Part shown: one piece after another, positions 1 to 12,931 of the stretch
Position numbering within the stretch: position 1 is the first letter of the stretch
How the letters are laid out: every line of letters begins with the position of its first letter
Assembly (NCBI GenBank): GCA_965655095.1
Contig: OZ296653.1
Location: 76,508,001 to 76,572,000, forward strand
DNA from: Haplodiscus bocki
Taxonomy: Eukaryota
Direction of reading: 5' to 3'
Length of the DNA stretch: 64,000 bases
The notes under the pieces: model-generated
What the model saw: only the letters and a program-made list of their open reading frames with translations
What the model was told of the DNA's origin: nothing
The model's database searches: none
Translations under genes and position numbers: made by a program

Positions 1-3000
1 CATTTGAAACTACAAGTCAAAAACTTCGCGTTGGAAGTATGGAAAGTGAAAACCCGGCTCCCTGACACATTCTCCATATTCTGGGCCTTTGCACTAGCAC
101 TGCATGACCGCAATGGAACCGGTAGTCTCCGAGAAAAACATCTTTGAACAATGAGTAGAAGCGGAGCTTCACAACTTTCTAACGTGTCAGTTGAGATCAC
201 GGATAAACCATTAACGTACGCGTCGTTGACACTCTTACGAAAAACTACACCAGTATCGACAAAATAGGATATTCAACTCGATTGTTTAATTTCCGCGTAA
301 AAATGATTTTCCTACTTAACGGCAGCTCCCACATTTCGTGTCCCGGTTCTAAGTCAAGTTTCATAACAACAAAGTGATTAAATTGAAAAAAACTGTTCAC
401 AGCATCGAACACCTGACAAACTGAAGATTCGAAGGACTGTAAACATCGATGTTTTTCCGCAGTATTCAAACTCAGCTTTCGCAACATCAACCATCTGAAC
501 AACATTCAGCAAGCTTTTGACCAACACTTTCCGCCTTGTAGAAGCCATTCGAATATAGCATCCTCGAATTTGTGTCTTGCATCGGAAACCTCACAGCCGG
601 AAAACACCGAAAAACGGTAATAATATCGACCTCTTGCGACAAATAAACTGAATTTATGCTACAACCACTAGCTGCGTTACAACCATCAAGCTCCCAATCA
701 ATTTGAAGAAGCAGTTGCGATAAAGCCATCACCGTTTTTTTCGTCCGGCATCAGAATCTTGACCGAAAAATCCCAATGGTAAAGATTTTCCGCGAAATTT
801 CAAGTCAACTTTCAACACAGCTACAGCATGGAGTAGATCCAACAAGATCCAAATCAGGAGTCTTCTTTTTCTAGATGCGTTCTCATTTAGGCGGTCAATT
901 ATTTTCCGTCAAAATCATTCATGTTTTTCCACCTAAAACAGCGTCTTGATTAGATCCCTCAAAGAACAAATCAGCAATTTTCCGCTTGTTGGATAATTTT
1001 CAATGGAACAATCGACTTTAGGCTTGCATCTGAAAGGTCGAAAAAGACAAAATCGCTATTCGCATTGATTTTCGGTCATACCCAGAACCATTTCCAGCAA
1101 TAACTAACGGCTGGAGTACACAAATCAACAATGTTCCTTTTCCAAGAAATCCATTGAACTTATCAAGGCGCTTGCGTCTTCCATCAGCAGCCCCATGGGT
1201 CCAAAACGCCATAATTAGCTGTCAGTATTGATCTTCCTTGTTGTTCAAACTCACTTTTCTCCAAAAAACTGGCTTGAATGCATCTACCAAGGTCCCAATT
1301 AGCAGTTTTCCCCTTAATGGAGCATTTACAATTGGGCCAGCGTCAAATTTAGTTTTGCATTTGAAAATTGAAAGGCCGATTCAAACTCCATTTTCGACAT
1401 AACTACCAGATGGATTACAGCCATCAAAATCCCAACAAACCATTTCTCATCAGAAGAAATTTGAATTATGCTACCTTCAATTTTTCGTCATGGATTGGAC
1501 TACGGATAAGGCAAACGTGCCGAAAGGTGCTATTAGCGTGGAAAAACTCATGCACTGAAAATCACTTTCACAAAAAACCACTTGCTTGTTTTTTTAATCG
1601 AGATCTCAATGAACAGCATTTTAGTTTTAAAAAATATTGGAACGCAAGAGTCTTCCTTAAACTGATTTCTTGATAGGTCCAGAATGCAAAAACTGTAGTC
1701 ATGGTTGTTCCACCGTATTCAATTCTATTTTTCGCAATAAAAAGCGGATTAAGAGTTTATTCCATCAAGGTCTTCAGGGACACCTCTTTGTAAAGGCTAT
1801 TTATTTGATAAAAAATAGATTGGAATCGTGATGACCCCGAACGGACAAAAAGTGCCATTTCTGTTATTTTCTCTTGAACTGCGTTCCATCCAAGGTGCTA
1901 CTCCTTAGTCAAAAAAATCTGACGTATTTCCAATCACTCCCTTGGCCGCCTGTTTTTTTATATACTCCTCAAAACGTGCAACAAATGCGAATTGCAAAAG
2001 CATTTGTTCTGCTTCAAATTGGAAATAAAAATTTCAATTCGCGGAGTGTAATAGCTCAGCGCGAGAGCGTTTAACTGCTGCGCCAAGGGTCATACGTTCG
2101 AAGTTGACGACAAATCTTTTCTTTGTCAAGATAATGAAACTTTCATGAGTTTGGAACGGATCGGAAGTAAAATGGCAGAACCCTTCAATAAATACTGGTT
2201 TGCGCAAGTCCAACACAGAGACAGAGCTGGCAACCAGCTTTTTATTAACCCGAAACGATAAACTATCACAGCAGGTCACGCAGAAGCCAAAAATGTCTTT
2301 CAAAATCGGAGAAAGTTATCGAGAAGTTATAACTAAACCCAGACTCAGCATCTGAAGTTCTAGAAATTTTCAGACAGGAGACTTCAGAAAACCAGCAAAA
2401 TTGTCCAAAAAAATGAAGGTGTTTCGATGATTTCGTCACTTGTTTTTATCGATGACATTTCCATTTCATTTCCCGACATTTTCTCGAGAAGTCAAAATAA
2501 TAATTTCTCGGAAAAATATCGCACTGCGTCCATGATTCCAACGCACGCGCGATCAAAATCTGGAAACACGTGATTAAACTACCACACTGCAACTAATACG
2601 AGAAGCACCGCAACTGGCACAGCAGATGCGAGTTCTGCGTGTAACAGAAAACGCATGGGTGTGCCAGCTCAAAAGGTAGAACGTTGACTTTTAGAACCAG
2701 GAAAGCAAAATTCAAGTCATTTGGAGACACGAGCGCCAAAAAAAGCGTTTCCAAACGGTGAATTATCGACAATTTAGGGAATAACTTCATTTATGAGTTT
2801 TCGGCATAAGAACCACAGAAAAAAAATTGTGACGGAAGCCAAAACTTATCGTGGATGGGCGTCTTTATGATGCCTACACACGAACTTTATGTGATTCCAA
2901 GACCGGCACGCGAAGACAAAGCATTTCGAATCTGATGAATAATCGTCCAAAAAGTCGGATTAATTCGAACTCCAAGATGTATTCGAAGGGTTATAAAACA

Positions 3001-4679
3001 AGACAGCATATTTTGCGCCTTCCCATTTTGGTAAAAATGCTTTTTTGAAAGAAAGCGTTTCTTTTTTCAAAATACTGTTTCTTCATTATAATTTCTAATT
3101 TTTCCACCTTTAAAAATCTTCTGATTTTCGGCCAGAAAAAACCTCGCAAATAACATGGAAAGACATTTTTAAGTAATAATACCATTTGATACGCATTCTA
3201 CGAAAAATTGGCCAAATTTAGGAAATTTGAAAAAATTCAAGGTTTTTTCGAAAAAAAACCCACCTATTTTTCCGAAAAAGACCCAAATTTTGAACGTTTT
3301 GAGAAATCTCATTGTTTCAGTCGTATTCTACGGCAAATTTGCTACAATTTGGGAAAAACAAACTTTCACGTTCAGAAATGTGAACATTTTGGCCAACATC
3401 GAAATAAGCAAAATGATCAGCAAAAAAATACGGCAACAAATTTTCGTATGCGGTGAATTAAATTGGTACCATGAGGTTTCTGCTTATTTCACAACCCCCC
3501 CCCCCCCCGAAAAAAAGGAGATCCCTATTGAAAAATTACCGGGAATTACGTTAAAAAACTCCCCCGCAGGGGATCGTCTGGCCTCTACGACGAATGGCAC
3601 CCAAACGTAGGAATAACTGGCACGGCAATGACAAATCAACACAGCATAACTGACGAATACAGCGTCTACGTAACCTCGATATCAGTTGATTTACATCATA
3701 TCCACAAAACTAGAGGTCTGAAAGACGGACACGGCCACGTTTTAATATTGTCTTCAACTACAGCTTCGATATTGAAAACAGAGTTTTCACTATCGTCTAA
3801 CGCTGCGGAAAAGACTCGTATGTGGGTCTTTTGTGTTTTCAAAATTTGTCTTTTTTTCATGTACGCACTTTCAAGTCACACGGAATCACTCTTCATTTTC
3901 CTCGACAAGCCGAAGTGGTTTGAAACTTTTGGTTCTTCGGAAAATTTTGCTCCATCCAACGTTTTCACACAAAAAGTTGAATCGGAGCTCCAATAAATGT
4001 TGATAGGAGGGTATCACCAATTTTTTGGTATTTCTGCTGAAAAATTTGGGGACGACCCACCAGCAGGTATCACGAAAACTTCAGGAATAGGCTTCACTGA
4101 ATTTCAAATAGAACAAAAAAGTTTTCAAGTCTGCCTTTTCAATTTTCAAATATGCTTTCTTGAAGGTCTTTGGGATATTCTGATTAACAAATGAAACGTA
4201 TTGATTTTGCGGGTAGAGTTGACAACGTCGGCTACTAAACGTCGCATCCAAGAGAAGTAGGTCCTTCAAGAACACTAAGCATCTTTAGTCGGGCTTTTTA
4301 GGAATAACTAAAGCGCCGGGAAAGCATAAAAAATTTGTTATCAGTTGCCAACCTTTATTTTCAAAGCTTTATTTTCAAAGAACGATTGTGACACTTCAGA
4401 AAAATAAGGAAAACTTCTTTTGCGGAGCAGTCCTACTACACAATCTAGTACTGTAGAGTCATTTACAGTCATGAGACTAACAAGTCGGCCCATTAGTACA
4501 CAATTTGCGAATAAAAAGCAACAGACATTGCAGAAAACGTCCTATTTCGAGAGGAAAAATATAGCAGCACAAAATGATCGAAAGCAGACTAAAATTTGAT
4601 CCTTATTATAAAGTGGTTATCGAGATATTGTTTGAGAAGTTAGGAACAGTGATCTACAGTTAAAAGAATAGTAATAATA

Positions 4680-5775
4680 CCTCAGTCGTAAAAGTTTGAG
4701 GGTTCAAATTCCACAGGGCTCTCCAAGCTCACTTGGTGAGTCGTCAAATTTTTCCCCGTGTGATGCGATTCCACAGAAGTAAAGTTTTGTACAGGTACAC
4801 GGTTTGAATTGTTCCTCGTGATAGAGGAAACAGTTCTAGTATAGTTGCGATATAGTATCTTTCTTGAGTACTGTGTCTAATTTTGTTTTCAAGGGTAGTA
4901 GATTGTGTAGTATGACTGCTCTCCAAATGAAGGTTTCCTTGGTTGTATGCAGTATCGATTCAGGTATTTTTAGTTCATTTCTTGTCATTCGTTTGTTCTT
5001 TCCTGTGACAACTGGCTCAATCAGTTCATAGATTGCTCAATAATTGGATCCAAGTTAGAGATTGTGCATTTCCAAATAGAGTGATAAATGTAGTTTAAGC
5101 TATGACAATCATTTTTTTCGAGGTCAGGTGCTATGTCATCCATTTTGCGGCAGGAGTCAGTTTTTCTTTGCTGGGATAAAAAGATTGTGAGGCGTACGTT
5201 AGGATTGGGAGCACAAATCCTGTATATGCGTCGAATTTGATGCCATGTATCAATTTTGGTGCAATATTACTTTGATGGCAAATAAGACTCCAAGTGCTTT
5301 TTCGACTTTTGATGTTTTCGATCTATCCAAGGTCATTTGCTGAATATGGGCTGGGGACTGATCGACTGTTGCTTTTAACAGCTGCAGAACCTTTAATGTT
5401 TAAGAGATTGTCAGTTAAGGTCATTCTATTCGAATCACACCAGTTGTCGAGGCTTTGCGTACATTGATTCGCTGTAACATGACTGGTTAATATTGGTTTC
5501 AAGTCGTCAGAGAAAAGAAATCTTTCATTTTTGAATGCACAAGGTAAGCCGTTTATGTAAACTGGAAATAATAGATATCCCAGAATGGAACCTTGCGGAA
5601 CTCCGCTTGTTACTTCCGGCAAGTTCCATTTAGTTGTTTTATCTCAAAGTGTTTTCAATTTTTCAGATACGGAACTAGAAGACCGTAGTTGACCACAGAT
5701 TCCAAATTTGTCTGCAACTAAGCTGTAATAGGCGACCTTGTCGAAAGCCTTGCGAAAAATCATTTAGTTATACAC
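4680..5775 (-). mobile_element. Degenerate 3' fragment of a CR1/L2-group LINE (RT C-terminal half)
   Basis: Minus strand gives DFRKAFDKV near 5735-5760 and ORF 5323-5622 EVTSGVPQGSILGYLLFPVYINGLP...FLFSDDLK (RT domains 4-5); C-terminal ...LLWNRI near 4770; many stops and frameshifts. Confidence 0.8.
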
Positions 5776-8700
5776 CAGGGTGCCTGCGGCACTTTTCAGG
5801 AAGTTGTGTCCGATTTCATCCGGAGAAAGCAAAAATATCAGACAGAATGCAAGATAGCATTTCAGAACGCGAAATAAAATAAGCGGCTCAATGTTTGATT
5901 CTTATATGCAATATACTATAAAGATAAGGATGAGTCAAAGCTGAAAAGAAAAAACTCGAGTAGCAAATTGCGACTATGGTGAATGAGAGAAAATCAAAAA
6001 AATGATTGTTGAAAACTAGCATCTAGTTTAAGATGGGCCGATTACTATCCAAGGGAAAAAAACCTTCAGTAAAGGTGAGTCAACGTTACCTATACATAGC
6101 AGAACACCAATTTCTACTAGTCCGCTATGAAGTCACAATTTATCAATCAAAAATACTCAGTTTATCAAAACCGAATTTTTCAACAGAGTTTCAGCAAAAT
6201 GCAAGAGGAGTTAACGAGTCTCAAATGCCTTTTGTCTGAGTTAAACACCGCATCCGACACCATATTATTGAAATCAGGAGTCAATAGGGAAAGAGCCTCA
6301 CCTGTCTGAAGAAAATATCAGCATCACGGGAATCGTCGTTAGGCGTTGGCGTGTATGTAGCACTGTTGTTTATTTCGTTCTCCACCAACGCCCTCGTGGA
6401 GACACTTGTTTTCCCCATTTGATATTATAATTCGAGAAAAATGAAATGGAGCGTTTGCTTTGTTGTGACGGATCTCATCGAAACGATCTGAAACAATCAT
6501 GTGGTGCGTTACACAATAAGATCAGTCAAGTCAACTCTATTCGGTCATTGGTCGATAATTCCAACGATAGCCACGAAGCAAGATGCAAACACTGCAGCGT
6601 AAGTAAAACAGCGATCCAAGTAAACCTCGAGATAGCCATGGGAAAAGGACAATGCTTCATATATACGAGGCTCTTTTCATAAAGCAATTCAAAAACATCA
6701 ACCGATTATTTATTTTACTAACGATGCTTTTCTTTCACTCATTAACAACAGACTTTAAAGAACATTAAATTGTTGATTAAAAATCCATAAATTAAAAACG
6801 CGGTAATGATACATTAGCATCAGGTGTAAAAAGACTATTCCGGTTGAGGAATTAGGATGCGAACATCAAGTTCACAGAAAAATTTACATTGAGCAAACTA
6901 GGATTAGAACTAGGCCCGACAAAATGAAGGGAAGTATTTAGCAAATTAAGTACAGCTAGTACTCACATCAAAAGGGAGAATCTTTTTAAGGAAGGAAACG
7001 ACTTCGTGAAAACCCGAGGGAGAACTAGAAATCAACTCACTCGCAATTCTGAATGAAGGCGTAACGAAACTACTTTTGAGCAGCTGTGAAGCATTTTGTG
7101 CAATAATTTTGATCTTCTGCGTTTGTCATTACTCGGTATATCTAGAAACGACGTGACGTTTGCCTTCAAGAAAAAAAGCCGTTAGTTCCTGTTCGAAAAA
7201 TTTGGCCGATAGCCAACAACTAAATTAGCAAATACTGAAGACGTATACCTTGCAGTCCCGTGAAAAAACTTTCATTTCTTTGGGAAAACTACCAGAACAG
7301 TTAACTGACTGTAAAAGACGATTAAGCAACGAGTTCATTATAGACCTTCGAATTATCAGAGAATGCAGAATAAAAGCAGTTTTCGCTGTAAGAGTAAGAC
7401 TCGTTTGAACGTCGAAGACCATGCGCAAGGGTATATAAACTTTTTGGGAAATTCTTTACATATGAAGTTGGCTGTTTCGGAAAGAGGCGATGCGTTCCTC
7501 GATGCTTCCTCATGTTAGACTCGCTCATCAAGAAAACCACGCCTAGTTTTTTCGCTCGAAACCTTTGATGGTGCCTGACCTGAATAAATGCATTTGATAA
7601 TTGTAAAGGAGCGAAAAAAGATATGGTTCATTAACGATTCTGTAACCGCACGGCTTTGGACAAGCCTTCGGCAACATGTGGAAATCAATACAATTGCTGA
7701 TACAATTCAACAAAATTATTGCTGCTACACTGACCACCAGCCAAAATTCGATATCCTTTCAACTCCGCTCTTCCGTGACACTGACGGTTCTCCATATTGA
7801 TAAAAGTATTTATTGACTTGTAATGGCGATTCCCTCCATTAACAAAAGTGCCACAGCTGAAAGTATCCAAAAATGCAAAAAATCACCTTTTTCATAAACT
7901 TGTCGGGCAAAAATTGATTGCAATGTGACCATGACCTCAAGGGGTCGAGTAATTTCGGTCATGTAACGCACGAACCTAACCGACCACCTTAAGGCTCAAA
8001 CTGTCGATTGCCAATGTCGATTGATTCCATCGATAGAAGTTTCAGACTGGTGACCTTTCAAAACAGCCACATCTGAACTAGCTGTGTTGGGGTAAAGTTA
8101 TTTCGCTGTTTGCCAATTGAATTGATGAATGATTTTGGTCACGTGATCCATGACAAAAATATTTATCGTTCAGAAGAGTCAACTTGTAATAGCGACTCTC
8201 TCATTCACCAAAAGCATAGCATTTGAAAAACTTGCCCTACAATAGGTTTCTCGTCTGATATAATATATTAAATCTGATGGTACCATGGTTGCCACCGGCG
8301 AAAACCTATGATATCTGCCTATACCCTAAACCTTCTAAGTGTTTACAACAGTCAAAATGACCAACTTGTAAAGAGACCTTCCGGAAGGTCACATAAATTC
8401 GATTGCCCGCTATAATTTTTTGCCTGATGAAAGACTAGGCAATCTGTTTTGGGCCTTGGTGCGATAGGGTTCCAAAGTTTTTCAAAGTTATCTAATCTTC
8501 CGAAATGAGCTCTAGAAATCCGAAAACCTACCTTCTCTTGGAAACGAAAACAAAGTTCCGGTCAAATGTCCTGGATATATTCTTAAATCGGCAAGATTTC
8601 TTCAAAAGCATTTTTTCAACAAAATCGTTTTACTCATTCGCGAATTAGTTGTTTCAGTCGTGGTTTACTGATAAAAGGCTACCGTATTCGGTCGTACGTT

Positions 8701-9024
8701 TTCGCTGTGCAGTACTTTTCCCACAGCTCGTGGGAGCGTGCACGATTAAACTCGTCTAACCAAGCTGTCAGAAGTCATTCCTTGGTACCAGAGGGGCAAT
8801 TTTCGATGACAGGAACCAGTAGTCTTCTGACACGCATCGCAGTAAATCGTTTAACGACAGCAAAGTGATAACGCACATAATTTGGTTTGAAAATTTTGTA
8901 ACGGTATCAAATTCTCGTTGATTTTTCCAACGCACCCTCAGCAACTGTAAACGAGGTATATCGTGACAGTTGTTCACTTTTTAATCTCCAGGACTTTTTT
9001 TCTGTGGCAATCACACTCCTATCA

Positions 9025-9039
9025 TTGTTGTTGTTGTTG
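9025..9039 (-). repeat. (CAA)5 microsatellite 3' tail of the LINE
   Basis: ttgttgttgttgttg on the plus strand, ~45 nt beyond the ORF2 stop at 9083; short-repeat tails are typical of CR1/L2 elements. Confidence 0.85.
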
Positions 9040-9082
9040 AGGCTTTACAGTAAACTGAGGGGAGTTTGATCCCGAGTTGAGT

Positions 9083-11923
9083 TTAGAAAATTGTCCACTT
9101 TTCCCTGCAGTTCTGGCAGTCGCACGCAATCAGCCAGGTGCAGGAGTTGAGTTCGTCGTAGGTAGCTTCCACGACTCTCCAAAATAGCTTGATCAGGCGT
9201 CTTTTCAGTCCAACAGGTTCCTCGAAGTTTGCGTGTTGATTTACTCTGTTTGCCAGACGGGAAGTTCTGAACACGAATTCGTTCCTCGCTTTTTCAGTCC
9301 TAGTTTTGGGAAGCTTGAAGACTTCTTTGCTTGTTGAGGGCGCAGTTTGACTCTGTAAAAGAGTCACAGTTGTGGGCTTGCTGGTACAAAAATTGGTACG
9401 AAAGTTTGACAAGGTAAGCAGGTTCAAAATTTGGATGTGCATAGGCAACGGCAGAATGTTCAGAAAGCGAAGTTGTTGTCCATATTTTCCTGTTCCGCAT
9501 ATCCACTTAACGGCTCTTTTCTGGAGTTTTTCTGGAATGATCATTGACGCTTTTGACAGGTGAATGCACTGGATACCAAAGAGAAGAATGGGTAAGACTA
9601 GGGATTTATAGAGTCCGAGTTTGATTCGAGCACCTACAGATTGAGAGACATTTCTTCTTAGTAAGTAGAGAACACCGTTTGCTTTCGCTACTTTTTTGAT
9701 ATGTGCATGTTCCACGTGAGATCGCTGGTCAACGTAATGCCTAGATCTCTTACGTTGGCTTCGGTTTTCAGGGGTTCTCCGAAGAGTTTGAAAATTGTGT
9801 CCTTCCCTCGGAATGTCAGTTTAGCACATTTGTCTGTTGCTAGGGCCATTCGATTCTTTTTTACCCATTTTTCAAGTGATTGAAGATCGGTTTGCACTTG
9901 GAGTTCTGTTAGGTTTACGGAAAGAAATTTGAGGTCATCTGCAAAAAGGTATGAGTCGCTGAAAGCTAGGGCTTCTGGAAGGTCATTTATAAAAATACAG
10001 AACAGAAGTGGACCCAAGAGGGACCCTTGGGGGACACCGCTAGTTACGTCCTTTGGCCGAGAGCTGACGTTGTCAACGCGCACAATTTGCTTTCGGTCGG
10101 AAAGATAATCATGGAGAAGTTCGAGCAAACAACCATTTACGCCTAGACTTGCTACTTTGCACAACAGAAGGTAATGGGATACTTTGTCGAAAGCCTTACT
10201 GAAATCTGTGTAAAAAGCTACGACATCACTGTGTAGATCCTTATCGAGGGCTTTGTAGACAGCTTGGAGGAAAGCGAGCATGTTCGTTTTTGTCGATTTC
10301 TGGCGAACGAAACCATGTTGGTGTGAGCTCAGGGAGGTAACAAAGTGCTCGTAGAGTGGCGAATACATGCATTTTTCTAGAATTTTGCTGTCAATATCTA
10401 GAAGTGATATTGGTCTATCGTTTTCCACGAGGAATTGTTCGCCTTTCTTATGAATGGGCGAAACAACAGCGCGCTTCCAGCATTTGGGAATCTTTCGCAA
10501 TCTTTTTGTTTTTGAGCAAGAGATGAAGAGCATGAATCATACCTTCGCCAGAATTAACAAAGAAGGAAGGCGGATAGCCATTTGGGCCTCGCGTTTTGCT
10601 TGCGTCAAGATCAGAGATAATGCTCCGTAATTTGGCTTTTGAAATGCTGAAATTTGTTAGGGAAACATTGCTCACTGGGATGTTGTTGAAGTTGTAGTCC
10701 ACCTTTGGAGCGAAGACAGAATGGAAGTATTCATTGAACATTTCCGCTTTTCTGAAGGCACTTTGAGTACTTTCATTTCTGAATTGCATTGATAACGGAA
10801 GACTGGCTGTCTTTTTGAGACACTTTAAATGCTTGAAAATTCTACCAGTGTCGCGCGTGTTGAACAGTTTCTCCTGGTAATGAACTCTGTCTTCTTCACA
10901 TGACTTGGAAACTAGGTTCTCTAGTTCGACTATTTTGTTCCGCTTGTAGCTGGTAGGTTTAGCTGCTAGTAACCTTTTCTGGGTTTGCATTTTCTTCAAC
11001 AGATGAGAAGATTCGGAGGTTATCCAGGGGGGCAAATTCTGGCGATGTCTCGTCCGGGTTGGGACGAACATGTCAATGGCTCGATCAAAATGTTGGTATA
11101 GTTCAAGGCACGTGTTGTCGATGTTGGAAAAACATGTGGGGGAAAATGGGTTCCGGCAGAGGTGGTCACGCAGGCTGCTGAAGTCGGCTGACCCGAAGCT
11201 TCTGAAGTTTTCTATGAAGATCTTTTCAGAACAAGTCAGTCTCTCAATTGTCAGTCTGATGGCAAGGTAATCTGAGCAGTTGTAAATCTCATTGAAGTTC
11301 TCGTCTACCGCAGCTGTTACGGTGCAGTTGGAGAAAAAGGCAACATCAAGAGTTCGCGAGCCACAGGTGGGAAAATTGATCGATTGATCATACATTAGGT
11401 CATCGAGTAAGTCAGTCACAGCTTGTTCGAATGAGTCAGTGCTGGTCCGAGTTTCCCAGTTAGTGTCGGGGAAATTGATGTCACCACAGATTATGACTGG
11501 TTTCCCTTTTGGGGTTCCCCTGATCAGATTTACGAAATCGTCTATGGAGTATCTGTATGGGCTACCATGTGGGGGCGAGTAGAAGACCCTTATCACAATG
11601 TCTTCTCCTGAAATCCTTATTGTGCATTGAAGGCAACATTTGGGGAGATTGGCAAAAGTGACTTCAGAATAGTAAGTGTTCCTGATGGCGATGAGCACAC
11701 CACCATGAGGAGAGGGTTTGCCGGATGTAGAGGGTCTGTCTGCCCGATAGATGGTGAAGTCACTCATGAGGAGCTCCGCCGAGTTACTGTCTGAAGTGAG
11801 CCAGCTTTCAGTGATACAGATTATGTTATACTTTTGAACAAGAATGGCGTTTCTGAGTTTGAGTCTACGTTCGTAGTTTAGGAGACTTCGAGCGTTTAAG
11901 AGTAGTACACTTACATTGTCTAG
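9083..11923 (-). pseudogene. LINE ORF2: APE endonuclease + reverse transcriptase, two frameshifts (~10510, ~9700)
   Basis: APE motifs LLNARSL, IICITESWL, YRADR...HGGVLIAI, ICGDINFP, TLDVAF, CSDY; RT motifs RPISLL, QHGF, DFSKAFDKV, SGVPQGSLLGPLLF, LFADDLK; C-terminal CDCQNC; split over track ORFs 10448-11767, 9688-10533, 9083-9715, with the open frame extending upstream to 11923. Confidence 0.93.
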
Positions 11924-12835
11924 TCAAAATGAACTTTGCTCCTTGCGGAGGAGCTCGGTAGCATCCATCGCTACCTTTTTACCATCATTGAATAATTCAA
12001 AGTTGCGAATTTTTAGTTTCTCACGAGGAACGCCTTCATCTAGAAGTTCTCTTCTCTCTTTCAGCACTTGATTCTCTTTGATGACGTCAGCCTTTGATAA
12101 TGCAGGAAGGAAGTAGATGGACTCCTCCGTTAAGACTTCGCGGTTTTCCACGCTTTTCGCCATGATTAGCTTCTTATCGTACTCATTCCGGACCGTAACA
12201 AGAAGGGTCCTTGGTTTGATTCTTGTTTTGTCAAATTTTCCAAGTCGCTTCATTGAAGTGATTTCGGTATTGACATTGAAGGATTGTAGGATATTTTTGA
12301 CTTTTTCGGTGGTTGGGACAAGATTCTCATCGACAGTTTTCTCGGGATCTTCAGCGATCCCTTGTATTCTGAAGCTTGCTGAGATGTTGAGATCTTCAGA
12401 TTTCACTTTTGTTTTGGAGTTTGAGGAAGTTACCACGGAGGCAGCTTTCTCGAGCGTTTTGGCTGTCACTTAAGCATAGTTTTGTTGAATTTTGTCACAT
12501 GACTCCGAAATTAGATTTGCAAGTTTCGAGTCGACAAGTTCGGAGAACTTGTTTTCCAGATTGGAGAGCTTTTCATCGATTTTCAAGTCTGAGATTACGG
12601 ACTCAACCTTCGTTTGTGCTCTGCATCTAATGAACACGTCTCGTTCTCCATTGTCAAGACAAGTGTTGCACATGAGCATGCAATTGTTACCGAGTTCCTT
12701 GATTCCGTTGATGGCAACGTTTGAGAGAGCTGTGCATTCGGTGGTAAGATGCATGTGCTGGTTGCAGCCCACGCAACAATAGGTTTTTTCCGAGGCAGCA
12801 ATGTTGTTTTTACACGTCTTGCATTTTCTCACCAT
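11924..12835 (-). pseudogene. LINE ORF1: PHD finger + coiled coil + RRM/Tnp22-like domain, one in-frame TAA at 12470-12472
   Basis: ATG at 12835; CKTC...CVGCNQHMHLTTEC...CNTC PHD pattern; heptad region; FRIQGIAE...KRLGK...KPRTLLV...IYFLPALS; the two track ORFs are in one frame (NYA*VT). Confidence 0.85.
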
Positions 12836-12931
12836 GATTGTAGTTTCTTTTACCTTAGCCCGGGAAATTAATCCTAGACACCAGTAAAAGAAGGCTGGGA
12901 GAAACAAGGAAGGAAACTATTTACCTTAGCC

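Noticed and set aside
1-2400. Short ORFs on both strands that might be a decayed gene or transposase
   Set aside because: No recognisable motif in the frames I read; left unannotated
3000-3460. AT-rich segment with imperfect internal repeat (cattctacgaaaaattggccaaattt / tattctacggcaaatttgctacaattt) and two K/F-rich ORFs
   Set aside because: Looks like a non-autonomous repeat, but no termini, TSD or second copy are visible; the ORFs look like compositional artefacts
6000-7870. Coiled-coil-like fragment and IVKERKKIWFINDS resembling a USP His-box or LINE ORF1 tail
   Set aside because: Single weak motif without supporting catalytic residues or a continuous frame
12470-12472. Second in-frame stop (TAA) in LINE ORF1 as possible readthrough site
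   Set aside because: UAA-G is a poor readthrough context and it falls inside a typical YAxV motif; best explained as a nonsense mutation
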